DNA of 64,000 nucleotides. Origin: Lepidodermella squamata (taxonomy: Eukaryota > Animalia > Gastrotricha). A program made the position numbers and the translations under genes. The DNA is taken from positions 3,410,001 to 3,474,000 of the forward strand of contig JBLDXI010000001.1 in the NCBI GenBank assembly GCA_047495785.1, in the 5' to 3' direction. Position 1 is the first letter of the stretch; each line of letters begins with the position of its first letter. Shown here one piece after another: positions 1 to 15,300 of this stretch. The notes under the pieces are model-generated. The model ran no database searches. It had not been told where the DNA came from and saw only the letters and a list, made by a program, of their open reading frames with translations.

Positions 1-1325
1 AACGACCTGATGGCGGCCGAGCAGCAGCGGAAAAAGACGCAGCAATCGATTCCGACTAACAACAACAATAACAACAATTATTCGTCGTCGTATTCGTTGT
101 TCCAGCAACACCCAGTCGGCGCCATTGGCGATAAAGCACCGGGATATTCGCAACAACAACAGCAGCAGCCATTACCGCCTGGCTACAACCAGCGGGTCGT
201 GCAACAGCCTCAGGCGTCAAACTACCCATCAATCAGTTCTTCGTCACTTTTCGCTTCATATCAACACCACCAGCAACAGCAACAACAACAGCAGCATCAC
301 AACGGCCAAAATCACCACCATCATTCACATAATAACACCAATAACAGCCATTACAACGCAAACGGCGCGTCGTGGCCGATGTTCAACTCGAATTCGTACA
401 ATGATGCGAGGATGAGTTACAACGGCTTTGGGACTACCCAGAACACGACAGCTTCGTCGTCGTCTAGCGGCGATTCGTCAAGTTTGGCCAACTGGTTGTT
501 GCCGTCGATTCAGCAGCAACAGCAACAACAACAGCCGCAACAAATGGCGGCTAATAACGGCTATTCGAACTCGTCTCAGCAGCATAGTAATAACGGTTAT
601 GGCATTCAACAGACCACGCAAAGATCGTCCGCCAATGACTATTTGGCAACGGTGTTTGCAGCTGCCGGCAAAGTAAGCCTTAGATCCATCGATTTTTTTT
701 CTAAAATTAATTTGTCACTGTTGGCGGGGATTTAAGCAATTTTGATTTGTTTTTTTCTGGCTCTTATCACGGGGTGCAGCTCATAAAATTTGGCAGATTG
801 TGTTTATTTCCTCCCGCTTTTTTCATTATCAACACAGCTGTGTTTGTTAGTTAAACTAGAGTGTTGATAAATCACTCCCTAGATGACTTATGTGACCTCT
901 TGGCCCTGGATTTAACTTGTACTGGGGAAAATATTCACTCTCTGATATCACCTTGGATAAAATACTTCTACTAAAATGGATATCTCGATATATGGCACAG
1001 GGAATATTGAGCTACCCGACTAGAAATAATATTTTTTCCTGAATTATTTAACTTGTCCAGAAGAAATTACCTATGGTAATGCTACCAAAAACAATTTTGG
1101 TAGGCAATTTACATTGATACATTTAATCCCAGCTGCAGTTTTTACAGGCGGGTATTTTACCTGCATTTTCGTGGTGTTTTTTATGCGTGTAATTACGTTG
1201 TTAAGACAATAGCGGGAATAATGGCGTGCAAACCCGTGAATCACCACCTTAATTATGGCGTTCCGCGTTTTTTCAGTTATTTATATATAACATGCTTTTT
1301 TATTATCTTTTTTCAGCGCATGTAA
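1..1325 (+). CDS. 3' part of a gene encoding a Q/N/H/S-rich low-complexity (prion-like) region; the 5' end may lie outside the window
   Basis: The frame is open from base 1 with polyQ/N/H tracts. Phase-0 donor AAA|GTAAGC at 672/673. The best acceptor, TTTTCAG| at 1316, gives CGC ATG TAA (stop at 1325). It cannot splice in frame to the acceptor before 2469 or to the exon at 3704. Confidence 0.6.
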
Positions 1326-2468
1326 TCGATCTGGTGCCTGCTCTTTAACGATCGAAACAGACTTTCCTGGAACATAATAAGCTGCAAAATAGTATAATAT
1401 TGTTAATATAACGCAGGGTTCTGCTACTTTTAGTGATAATCATGAATCAATGAATGAGTGATGATGTCTATTCTCGACTAACATTCTCCTCGCTGCTTAC
1501 TCAGAGCGGCGATTCACCAGTTTTAGGCGTACAAAAAGCAGTCTTAGGACCCACTTTTAACAGATCCTTTATCTTTTCGTGAGAATCTAATTTAATAATC
1601 CGGGAACTATTTGAGCGAAAAAGGAAACGTGAGTGAAATGTGCTGCTGCTGATGATGAAGAGGTTCGAATCATACATCGTCGTTCGTGTCTGTTGGCTTA
1701 TAATACTATTGATCGCATGATGAAGATGGAGGCGCTTCGATGACTGTGTACAAATAACAGCTAAATAACGCGACTAAATAAATATATAAATCTATCTATA
1801 TATATATAAATGAAAAAATGAGATGAAAGGATGTTAAAACACACACACGTGCATGAAAAGTGGCCAAAACTTTTTGCGTAGAGAATCTGGGCCGAGGTTG
1901 ATGCGCTTCTCGAGAGCTGTGCTGTGACTGCAAAAAATCGAACGAATTGACCACCGAGTCTATTTTCTCTCTAAAAATCGCTGGCTTTTTTCAATGATCA
2001 TTTAATGATAAGCTGTATATGTTATATATAAAAAGCCTACTACTTATGCTACTACTTCTGTATATTTGAAAGAATCATGATGATAAAATAACAACAGACA
2101 AGCAACATCAAGAAACAAATTATTATTGTACGGTATTCTTCTTCATTCGTTTTTTCTTCTCTTATTCGTCATCATCATTTTTTCGCGCTCTTCGAAAAGA
2201 AAACTTCGATGATAAACAGAAATCAGATCATTGTGTGTGCGTGTCTTATATTGATATATTGATAATAGTGTGTCTGCGGCGTCGACCGCAAGTCGTGAAA
2301 AAACAGCTGCGGCGTATGGTAAAAGAAATAAACACTCCTGTCTCGTTTAAAAGTCTCTCAACTAATTTTTGCGTTTTATTTTTAGAATTTTTATTTTTTA
2401 TTGTTATTTTTTGTTTGTTATGGCGAGATGAGTGACAGCACTTGCGCTGTTGAAATCGGGCGTACAAA

Positions 2469-5400
2469 ATGCGAAAACGAAGAAATTTGTTGAACAACGG
2501 CGACGATTTCACGTCGGATCAACTGCCCGATCTGCACCTGACGCACCACCCGCACCAGCACCACTCGAATTTGCCGCCGCTCAGTGATGCGTACGAAAAG
2601 TCATCTCGCGAATTCGAGGACATTTTCGACATTGACATCGACACGCTGCCGCCGTCGTTCTTCGCCGAGGCGCTTGGTTCGCTTATCGGCGAGAATGGCG
2701 GCGAATCGAGCCTCCTTAACGAAGATATTTTTCTTGATACGTGTTCAAGCCGATGCGTGAAACGATGCTACTCTGCACCCCCTTCACCTTTATCAGGTAA
2801 TTTATATAGCTGTTAAATAATTCCAAGAATTCTGATACTGGCCTAAGAGGAGGCGTTTGATAGAGAATAATCGATGCTTTTACCGCTCAATGAAAAATCC
2901 CAAGGCAAAAGTCATACTAGTCATTTACTCCCTTTCTCATTCATCATTACATTTTCTAAAGACCCGTCTAGCGATTTCGGCCATATCTGGTCATTTGAAA
3001 AGACAACAGCTAACTCATATAATCATCAATGCAAAACATCTTATTTTCGAATGACTGAAGATAGCGATGTGGCCGAAATCGCAAGATGGGTCTAATTTTG
3101 CACCGCGATTTCTCTGATTTCCTCTGATATAATTTTTAAATGAATTTTACTGGATTTTTCGTTTCATTTCTGTATAACCTGAGCCAGTGGTTGGAATTTT
3201 ATTCGAAAGGTCTGAGTGCCACCTCGTTTTCGCTCGATTTTCAGAAAATCAAAAATTGAAAAATCATGATTCGTGGGGCTATTACTGTAAAAATGACAGC
3301 GAACTTGAATTGATAAATTTGATTAGACCAGTGTCAGTTGAAAATGCGGGTGATTCTGTGAAATTCGTCTTGATTTTTGAGCTTCAAAGAATATGATCTA
3401 ATATTTAATGTCAGTGTTTGATTTTAAAACGCGAATTCCTTATTTCAATAAGTATGGAAAGTGATTATTCGATTCATAAGAGTCGTGAGCTCTCTATCAC
3501 CTTTATTATTGATTTCCTCGCTAAATAAGCTCTGGTTAGGATTAGGTATTGATGTCATATTTTATAGGTATACATTATTTTTTGTTTTGTTTTTGAAAAT
3601 AACAAACAGTTTGCTGTTTTCATCCATATTTTCATCCATTTTTTTCTTCTAAAGACTAAGCTAGCAAATTTTTTCAATAATATTTTTTTATATTAAACTT
3701 CAGGTTTATTAGCCGATTTCGACGAGCAGGGATCGATGCTAGAGTTGTACAGCAGCGCCAACGAACCTCAATCCGCAACAATCGGAACTCTGCCAGTCAA
3801 TACAATCGATAGCCCTCCAACTTCTGTCGTAGATCAACCCGTGCCGTGGGCTGCTTTATCCACCAACGATGTGATTGACGTGTTGGAAGCGGCGACTCAG
3901 CGACTCACCGCCGAGCAGTTGCAACGAGAAGCTACAGAAGCGGTGGAACGGGCGAAATTGCAACAACAGCAGCAGAATCAATCAACACCTCAACCACCTC
4001 GACCCCCGTCCGCCCCACCGCCGACCACCTATGCCACGCCGTTACCAGTCCCGCCGACTGGGTCTCTGTCAACCCGGTCCGACGACCCGTTTTCTGAACT
4101 AGTCGAGTGGCGCCAACCCCGCCGGCCGCGTTCAACCGTTCCGACGGCGGTTTCAGTCACAATTCCGATTCGAACGGTCAGGCAACACGATATTGTACGG
4201 TCGAGATTAGCGTCCCTAGCAACGCGGCGGTTACGCGATAAATTGAACCGCGCCTCGACGAGTAGCGACCGCTCGCCGCTTTCGATCTCATCAGACCAGT
4301 TCCCGTACGGCGGCGATTTAGAATTCAGCCGCCTCAGTTCTTCGTCAACTCCAGCTTTAATTCTTACCCCTCAGGCCCCGCAATCGTCCTTGGCGACGCT
4401 GCTAAACGGCAGTAACTCAAGCGAACCGATTCTGTCGTCGAAAAGCGTGACTTCGCTATCGAATTCTGCGGCGAATGGGTCGAATCTGCTGATACCGGCC
4501 AATTCGAGTAGTAGTGGTGATTTGTATCGATGTTTCTACCCGACTTGTTCGTTGTCCTACGACCGGCCTGTTCGGCTACATGCGCATTTGTTGCACCATG
4601 TTTACGGCATGACGGGTCCGTATCGCTGCGATGTCCCGACTTGTACGCTTCAGCAACAGCAGCCGCTGCCGCAGCAACAAAGTCAGCTTCAGGTTGTTAC
4701 TAACCCTGCTGCTAATAATAATAATAATGCGTCAATTGGCTCGATCTCTGCTACGAAAATTTCTCGAACATTCCCGACCACGAAACAGTTGTGGGCTCAT
4801 ATAGAATCTAGCCATCCTGAAATCATAGAAAACAGGTATGCGATTTTGCTGATATTTTTATTACCTAATTAATTACCCGAAATTAATTACCGAATACTTC
4901 TCTCGGGTTCAAATTTTGTGCTATCCTCAAAGAAAGTCGTGAAATTTTATAAATTAAAATGTAGGTATAGTAGTCTCGAAATCAGTGAAAATCTGGATAT
5001 CGATTTATAGTTTTTCTTCTAATATTTCGAAGGCAATACCCCTTGGGTGTTCCTCGGAATTGAAATCAATTGTACTCAAAGGCCTTATTTTCCTATTATT
5101 TAAGCGAATTTCTCGCCCTAATCTTGCCTTTGGATAAAATAGATGGTCTATAAAAAAATTGAAATTTCACGACGATTTTGAGGGGCGATTTTAACTTGAC
5201 TTAAGTATCCACTAAGCTATTGGAGTGTAAAGAAAAATCGGCCTGGTTTTGGTTGATTTTTATTTGATTATTTTTGATTTGCTAAAATTGACTGCTCATG
5301 GTTTTTTAAATAGGATTCAGCCGGTTGATTTTACATCTCTGCGCCACAAATCGCCCGTATCCTGCCCGTGCTGCGATGCTTCGTTCGTGTACGCGTTTCA

Positions 5401-6314
5401 GCTCTTCCTCCACCTGCGCCAGGTGCACGTGCGACCGTCCCTGCGCAGCAACCACATCGCAATCAAACGATCTCGTCTGCAATCGAGTGAACTTGCTTCT
5501 AATAATAATGCTAATAGCTATACCAATAGCAATAGTGCTTCCACAGGCAAACCGGCTGCCAAGTAAGTCGAAGTCTCAACTATTTTGGGGAAATAATATG
5601 ATCATAAAAATAATTTGACCGTTAACAAGTGAAAATTGGGTTTTGGCGGATTTCCGAATTTTCTATCATATCGATACTCACCATTTATCTTGCCCTAAAC
5701 CCATTTAAATTTAAATTTCAAATATTCATTCTGAATTATGAAAAATGTTATTGTATTTTTTCAGTTCGGCGAGCCCGTTTGCGTGTAGATTGTGTGGATT
5801 CCAGTCACAAACTATGTCCGGTCTGTTGTTACATATCCAGCGCAAGCAGCACCAGCGCCAAGCTGCACGAGCTCACCAGCAGCACCAACAGCAGCATCAG
5901 CAGCAGCAGCCGAACGGCGCGCCCATCAAAGCTACCCTTGTAGCGACACCATCTGCTATGAGCCAGGTGAAGCAAGTGCAGCCGCGACCTCAACCGAAAC
6001 TCGTCTTTCGAGCCGCTTCATCGTTCATGCTCTCACACGCGCCCAAGTCCAACGCCACGCCAGCGACAACACTGCCTGTTTCGACGGCCACTGCTTCAAC
6101 CCCGAATAGCAACAACAACAACGGCAACACGGCTTATCTTGTGAGCCCGGCGAACGCGAGCATGAAAACCGTGCTTGTCATCAATAATAATAATAATACC
6201 AGCAGCAGCAACAGCAGCAACCCTAATGAAGCTCAAACGTCGGCAAACGGCGACAACAGCACCGCACCGTTCTACTTTCTACAACGCGTCGTGCTCGTTA
6301 ATGTTTCTCATTGA
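2469..6314 (+). CDS. C2H2 zinc-finger transcription factor, 4 exons (2469-2796, 3704-4835, 5314-5562, 5765-6314)
   Basis: Phase-consistent GT-AG introns. Fingers: CFYPTC..HAHLLHH, CDVPTC....HIESSH, CPCC..HLRQVH, CRLC..HIQRKQH. Acidic N-terminus and Q/N/P-rich linkers. Confidence 0.8.
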
Positions 6315-7268
6315 TAGACTCTGTAGATTTTTTGTTCTGGATGTCTAAACTAATTTGATTGTTTTGTTATACACAGCTCGAAACCGTCTGAAAAATTCTA
6401 TCATTTTTTTCAAATCGAAAATTGAATCAATAACCCACCTAAATTTTTTCTGGAAAAAAATTGTGCAAAAAAATCCTCCTTAATTTGTATGGTTTTTTAC
6501 ATTGAACTGGGAGGTCGTTCTGCATTTTGTCGGTGATTTTTCTTTTTTCATTTGGTGGGTAAAAGTTTTCTTACTCTAAAATTTGTCATTTTTTCCGCGG
6601 CGGTTTTACTCGAGCATTATGTTAGCAAACGATGAGAATCCCTGTTGAAATTTTTTTTAAAGAAAGCTTTCAGAGTTTGTTATACTGAACACTTTGTAGT
6701 CGGCAGCACGGTCTTCGCTTCGTAGCGCCTTATTATCACAATACATCCAGTCAGTCATTATGCCTGGTCGGTCGATCGATCGATCACGGTTACTTATTGA
6801 TATTTACACGCCTGAGGGATGAAACAAAATATTTACGCACTATATTACGTGTGTTCATTTGAGATGTTATATAACGATATATTATATTATGTGCATATTG
6901 AATTATTTGTTATACATTTTCCGTGAGATATCGCACGATTGAATGATGATCAAGATGAATATTTCAGTTTTTTTGGACTCTTCGAGTGATGTTGCACATT
7001 TGTGTCAAAATTTTGCTGATAAAATGAGAAAAATAATCATCGTTTACTAATTTGTGTGAAATTAATGTTTGAAAAAAATAATTATTATACGTCAAAAAGA
7101 GCGCGTTTATTGCAGCGCTTGAAAAACGATAAGTACTTGAGAAAACCTCTGTCGTTCTAAAAATGATAAAATGATAAATAGACCCAGTTTTAATTTTTCT
7201 GTGTCCGTTCTATATGCTCATATTGTGTCATGATGATGGAAAAGTCTCAGGAGTAAAAGTTGTTTTGA

Positions 7269-8688
7269 CTAGTTGCTGGTGTTGTTTTGTTGTTGTTGTT
7301 TCGCCGCCGCCGCCTCTTTAGCCCGCGCGTCCAGGTACTGCTGACTGAGGCTTATCGGCTTTTGCCGCGCCAGCTGCGGCTTCTTACACGATACCTGGCA
7401 GGCACAGCCTATCGCCGGTCTAGCCGTGCAGCAGTTGACAGTATAGCAGCGCCGTTCTGGCTGCGGCGAAGGCGGTAGAGCTTTCATCAGAGCTGGAAAA
7501 AGAGAAATTTCACGTCTTTATTGTATAGCAGTTTTTTTAGCTTCGAGGACGTAATTTTGACTTGCAGAATTTTCATGCTTTACGGGGAAACGAAAGGGTG
7601 ACAATATTATGCAAGGCCAATCTGCGAAAATGATAAACGAAGATCGATCATGCTATAAACCTTTCTTTTGGAGTGTGATAGTTTTGACAAAGCTATAATA
7701 AAGAGTAGAGATAGTGAGTTCATCTTTAGCTCCTCATGATCGTGTTCAAACCGCTATTAGGAAATCGGACATCCATTTGGTCTTACTTATAGCGGAACCA
7801 AAATAGCCTGTTGCGAAACCAAATTTGATCGGAAGCGGAAGAATTTTCCCTAAACTGCCTCTGTTCTGGGATTTCAACATAAATTCAGAAAAATCCAAAT
7901 AAATTACGTTGAAAATCTCCGCGATGTTCCGAACAAAGCACGTTCCTCACTTTCAGAACGCGAGTCTTAGAAAATGATAACAAATATTCGAAAATAACAC
8001 CCTTCATAAGTTTGGCATTTGGTTCCGGTACAGTCAATTTTGGTTCCGCGAAAAAACCTCTACTTCTTAGCCTTGCTTTTGGAAAATAAGGCATATTCAG
8101 TCGAAAGCTTGTGAGTAATGTATTAAGGTCGAAAGACCGCGAGGGTCAATTTTCGAGGGTGAGAAAATTGTTGCGTTTTTTCGGGAAATTTCAGGCACGT
8201 CTTGATACTAAACAAAATAGCCACGATATTTGCGTAATGGAGAGAGCTCTTTTTCAGATAATCGCCTTGTTGAGCAAAACGCGGCAAACAAGCGAATATT
8301 TCCCAGCTTACCTTGTACTAGCGTTAGATAGTAACCGCGTCGCCGATAGCTCCACCATTTGTGGGGAGAAGTTGAGGCGTGAGACATTTTTATCAGGTTC
8401 TCCTCTTTCTCTCGTAGGCGATACTCGGCGAACCATTTGTTGTGCTTCTCACAAAGCACTAGGCCGAGTCCTACGGTCAATGCCACCCATATGATAACGC
8501 TGAACATGACTATTATTTTAATCGATATCTCGGTATTTGGATCATCTGATAAGTCCTCTTCCGTTATCTAGATGGCGGTGAGAAAAATCAGGCGAAAAGT
8601 CCAGATTTTCTGATCTTACCAGATGGTAAAAGAAAGCAAGTAATGCTGGAGTTTCCCTGTGTTCAATGTGGCTGTCTTCCCCGTCCAT
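7269..8688 (-). CDS. Orphan small single-pass membrane protein (about 180 aa), 3 exons (approx. 8688-8620, 8546-8311, 7492-7269)
   Basis: Phase-compatible introns join MDGEDSHIEHRETPALLAFFYHL | ITEEDLS...IIVMFSVIIWVALTVGLGLVL (TM)...LTLVQ | ALMKALPPSPQ...CYTVNCC..GCACQVSC...*. The start codon is uncertain. Confidence 0.55.
7792..8049. repeat. Imperfect inverted repeat with about 33-bp arms, possible MITE relic, inside an intron
   Basis: gcggaaccaaaatagcctgttgcgaaaccaaat at 7792 versus the reverse complement of 8017-8049, gcggaaccaaaattgactgtaccggaaccaaat. Confidence 0.45.
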
Positions 8689-9886
8689 GAGCCATGCCTT
8701 TTTTGATGCGACACCTTAAAAATAAAGTCGTGTAAAAAAATAATTTACTTCAAAAGATTAAGGTTTTTGAGCAAATCATGCAGGTAAAATTTTTTCTAAA
8801 TTTTGCTAGCATTCTAAGTCTACCTGCAACTTTCAGTGCCTTTCCTGGAAACATTAAATACGACATTGACTCGGAGGCTGGTAACAAAGAGTTTTTAATT
8901 ATGTATTACTTACTGCCTTTCGCATTTAAATAGTTGATCGAGTCGTCTATCGGCCGGGTCATTTTCGTAAAAAATTGCAAATTGTACTGATAAAAAACTG
9001 ATCGAAATAAGCTTCTCCAGTAAAAAATTGCTCTGGCAAATTTCACCTTTTCTTTTCCGCTGTGAATTCGCACTACTCCGCGACAATGTGGGTCTTTCTT
9101 CTCTCTGTTACACTCGATGAAACACGCCGATTCAATTTACGAACCGTCATTTTATTACGAAAAAAGCGTATCTCTCTCTCTTGCAGCCATGATTGCATTA
9201 TTACTATCATCACTAGTATTACTATCAATCGTCCTCCGCCAGACTTTACAAAGAAACACCCGACGCAAGCTTTGGAAGCGCACAATGTCAGATTTAATTT
9301 GGCGGAATATAAAGGCAGCAACTGTTTTATTTGTCGAAAAATCTACGGCGCATTAAGGTAATTTTTAATTCCAATTACCAACAGATGAAGACGCTTTCAG
9401 ATCGTAGGAAATAACTATTTTTCGATAAAATTCAATCAGTGTATTTTACTAATTACTCAAATATTATGCGCCGTTAATTTTTTACCAGAGTGAGCAGCTG
9501 CAATAGTGAAGAATCAAACACGTCATGGAAGATTGAATAAAATCAGAAGAGGAGCTGCACCGATTCAGTTAAAAAAAACCCTTGCCGAAAAAATGCTTCA
9601 AGGATAAAATCAAATAATTGCATCATATAGAAATTTTTAGCAATAATAATCAGCAGTATTTATGTAGTACAAATTTCAAAACTCAACAAGTGATAGTCAT
9701 CATCAGGAAGAACAAAAAAGCAGCCGGAATGGTTTTACAAGCAGTTTCGTATCACTTTTGCGTAGTAACTGTTTTGGCAAAAAGCCTAATATGATTGCTC
9801 AACATTCAACACTCTGACACCAAAAAACGTAGAAAATATCGATATAATTGAATCATTCGAATAAAATGCGTATACATATATTGAAC

Positions 9887-11768
<1,882 letters not shown>

Positions 11769-12022
11769 GTTATAAGATTCTAAAATTTTTAAAACCAATC
11801 AATATAAACAAGGAAGATAATATATTCTTGACTGGCAGCACATAATAACCACGGTTGAGCGACAGGTGAAAAGTGGACAGTAGGGATCAGGGAAACTATC
11901 TGCCGAGCAGACTGAAAATGAGCCAGGAATAGAAAAAATTGCCGCAGTCTCGGCGCTTTAAATAGTGCAATGTGGCTGATTTTAAATTCCCGAATATCGA
12001 GAAATAAGCATGTCCCGTGTCC

Positions 12023-12090
12023 CACGTGATGAGAACGCCGCGATACCTAGATTTACGCTGCCAAAATAAGCACCTGAAAACCCGTGGGAA
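12023..12090. promoter_or_regulatory. Candidate CSL site (CGTGGGAA, 12083-12090) with E-boxes CACGTG (12023-12028) and CACCTG (12071-12076) in the divergent promoter of Su(H) and the CH-ankyrin gene
   Basis: Exact match to the canonical CSL consensus, lying in the about 530 bp between two divergent ATGs. Confidence 0.4.
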
Positions 12091-12301
12091 AATTTGGCGT
12101 CGCTGCCTGATTGCTCAATTTGTCGTGACATTCAAATATTTTTGTTTCGTATATTACTTTACAATAATATTTCTTTTGAAATTGATATTTTGGATTTTAG
12201 TCACATGACCTAAGCGCGCTTGGACGTAACCATGCAGTCCATCGTGTCTTAAACTTTTTCGTCGCTGAACGCAGATTTGGCTCCTCACTAATCAGCAAGC
12301 A

Positions 12302-15300
12302 ATGTCATCGAGGGCCCGAATTCGGGGTTTCACAGGTTGGGCGAATGTTCGCCTCATGCCATCTACAAAGCTTATGAGCAATATACTCAGCGAGATCATG
12401 ACCGGATCATATTTTAAAGTTCTGGTTGAAAGCATGACAGGATTGGAATCAAAGAGGATAACAAGCATGGATGCGTAAGAATTCAAACAAAATTGATTGC
12501 AAGTGATGCATTGATCTATATGAATCAGCTTGTCAGGAGCTCAACGTGAAATGAGAATGCAATGGATTGTTGAAGAGCTGAAAACACAGTATGAAGTTTG
12601 GTTAGATAACTGGTCATCCTTCTTGACGTCGTTTTTTCCAGGCGAGTGATTGCAAAGGAAGCTGAAGTTGATTCAAAATATTGCTCTATTCCATCTCCTG
12701 ACCATGTATGCTAATTACTCCAGTTTTTCAACTATTCCGTTTTATGCCAAATATGACTCTTTCCTTCAGATATTTGAGCTGATGTGGAGACTTGTCACAT
12801 ACGATATAGTTTTCCTGTGGGAACGTTACGATTTCCTGATGGTTGACCAGGACGATATTCTCGTGAAATTCAAATTTAATGTGAGAAGTTTCTGTCGGGA
12901 AATATGAACTTTACTTTTAAATTGCCCAATGTTTTTTTAGTGGGTTCCTGAAGTTCCCGCTGTGCAACCGAGGAAAGCGAAGAAAAAAGTCAATTTTCTT
13001 GCTGGCTTTGGAGGTGCTGCTGAGAAAATTGAATTCGAAGATGTGCCAACAGAAGTATGATTTCTGAACTTTTTATACTTGAATGAGATCAAAACTTTTA
13101 ACTGTTTTAAGCTTCTTGAATTCGATGAAATTTTAGAATTAGAGTTGAGCAAAACTGCTAGTAGAGCTAGCGAAAGAAGCGGTACCCGGAATTCCAATGA
13201 CCATGATGAAAATTATGAATACTTCACGATTTTAATTGTATGAACCACTGGTATTTCTTGTTTCACTTATTTATGATTTTTGATCGTAACGTCTGAATTA
13301 TCTTCGGATTGTGCAATATAAATTATTTACGCACATTGCACATTATATAAAATTTAATTCAAACCATTCATGAATCGCTTATCGATAATTTATGTTTAGC
13401 CTGTCGATCCATTTCCAAGCTCAGTCGAAATGAAGGCTTTCAAACACAATCGACCGAAAGCCACGCCATCGGCTAAAGACTGCATATTTGAAATTGTCAA
13501 CGCAATTTTGAGGGTTTGTTTCTTTTATGTTTCTTACTATCAGAAAACGTCTTCATCATCAGGGCTTGCTGTTTAGAAAGCTTGCAAACATTACACCATC
13601 TTAATCAGACTTAGAAAGCTCTAAAATTGATGTTTATTTGCGGATCGCAGAAGGACAGCCCAAGTCAATGTGTCGGTGTTGTAAGTAGAAAGTAGAATAA
13701 TTAGTGTAGCCATGCACCACTATCCCATCGGTCACAATCGCGCCGAACCACTACTAATCATAACATCTTGCTTTATTCAGCACCAAGATAACACTTCGTT
13801 TTTCGTTCGAGAAAATATCGACATCGCAAAACGTACGTGTTTTGTGTTTTAAATTAAAAGCATGAACCATAAGCATGGAAAAGTAAACTTCCTAACTTGT
13901 TGTGCTGTTCCGTAATAAGTTCATCAAAGGCAGTCGCAAACTTTGACGACTGAACTTACACCGATTTTTATTGCAACGGTAAACTTGTTTCAATTCTGCG
14001 AGTATGGCTATTACTTGCGATCTCCTTGCTTCTCTGTCGTTCGATTACTCTATCATCTGGCTTCAATATTTTCAAATTTTCCGAGATTATCGAAATTCTA
14101 ATATTTATCCATCACAGAGTTCCACTTCGACGCAAGATGACATATCGGTAGGCTTCAATTGTGAATTCGGAATTTCGAGTAGATTTGTACGAATCGTTTC
14201 GATAGGACCTAATCCAGATCGCGGATGTGAGGATATTGGTTCCGCTGATCAATTACTTCTTTGGAAACGTTTTCACCGCCGATGTCATGCTAAATGATCG
14301 GTAAATTTTTCGAATTTCAATGAATTCTGTTTTAAATAACCTTCCTTCAGCTGGAGCATGAACATCATTTTGAGAACGGCCGATAAATTGACCATGCTTG
14401 AAGGTACAGCCATAAAAACGGAGGATTTAGCCGAGGTAATGCGGAGCAGTTATCCGTTATATCTTTTTAGTTTGATTCCATATTTCAGGCTGATAAAATG
14501 GCAACTTGTGCTTATTTGTGCTCCTTATTCATGATGGGATTTAAATATCGCCAAGCATCAGCAGTATTACGCATTGAGGTTGGTTATATCAGCTGTTAAG
14601 ATGATCAACTAAGTTTGCCCATTCGTCTATTAGGCGTTTTTCAAAGATCAAATGAAGTCGATGCAACGCCAGGTTGCAGAACTGAAGGTTTCCGGAAATA
14701 GCAATGAATATTTCAAGCGCCATGCCGAATGCGAAAAAGCTACCGAAGCGATTAAAAAAGGTTTTGAAGTTCTAATCAGTCGGATTCTCTGGATTAATCA
14801 TATTAAATTTCTTAGAACTGGATAGGCTTGGAAAAATCTTCGATGTCCCGATGTTGAGAAAATGGAAAAAGAACGTAGACACAATCAAAAAGAATGTGTA
14901 CGACGAAATAATCGAGGCCATGAATCGGCGGTTCGAAACTGTGAGGATCCCGAAAAATATCACTCTCAACAATTTTTGCATTAGCCACGTCATCAACTTG
15001 GTTGGTTTACTGAATTATTCAAAAGAATTATCAGTTTTAATTTTGGAAAATATTAGTTTTTGACTAACGGCGTGGCATTCTTGCTCGTCGAAAGCAAGCA
15101 AACAGTTCCAAGGTCTACCAAATTGGTTGTCAAAAAGAAAGCAACAGGGAAATATTATGAAAATTTCTCAGGCAGGGAAGAAGAAGCACGTATGTTCTCA
15201 TTTTGGTAAAAAAAAAACAACCGTAAATTTCGATTTCCTTCAAGAAAAATTATTCAAATTTCTGTCTGTTCGACCGAAAGATGAGGAAATAGTCATATCT

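Noticed and set aside
10-6314. A single gene joining the Q/N-rich exon to the zinc-finger exons
   Set aside because: The phase-0 donor at 672 hits a stop or the wrong phase at the downstream acceptors, whereas an acceptor at 1316 closes the first gene.
12816-12887. Two more CSL-like sites (TGTGGGAA, TGTGAGAA) upstream of Su(H)
   Set aside because: The first is coding sequence (Leu-Trp-Glu) and the second is the splice donor AAT|GTGAGA of the CH-ankyrin gene, so both are explained without regulation.
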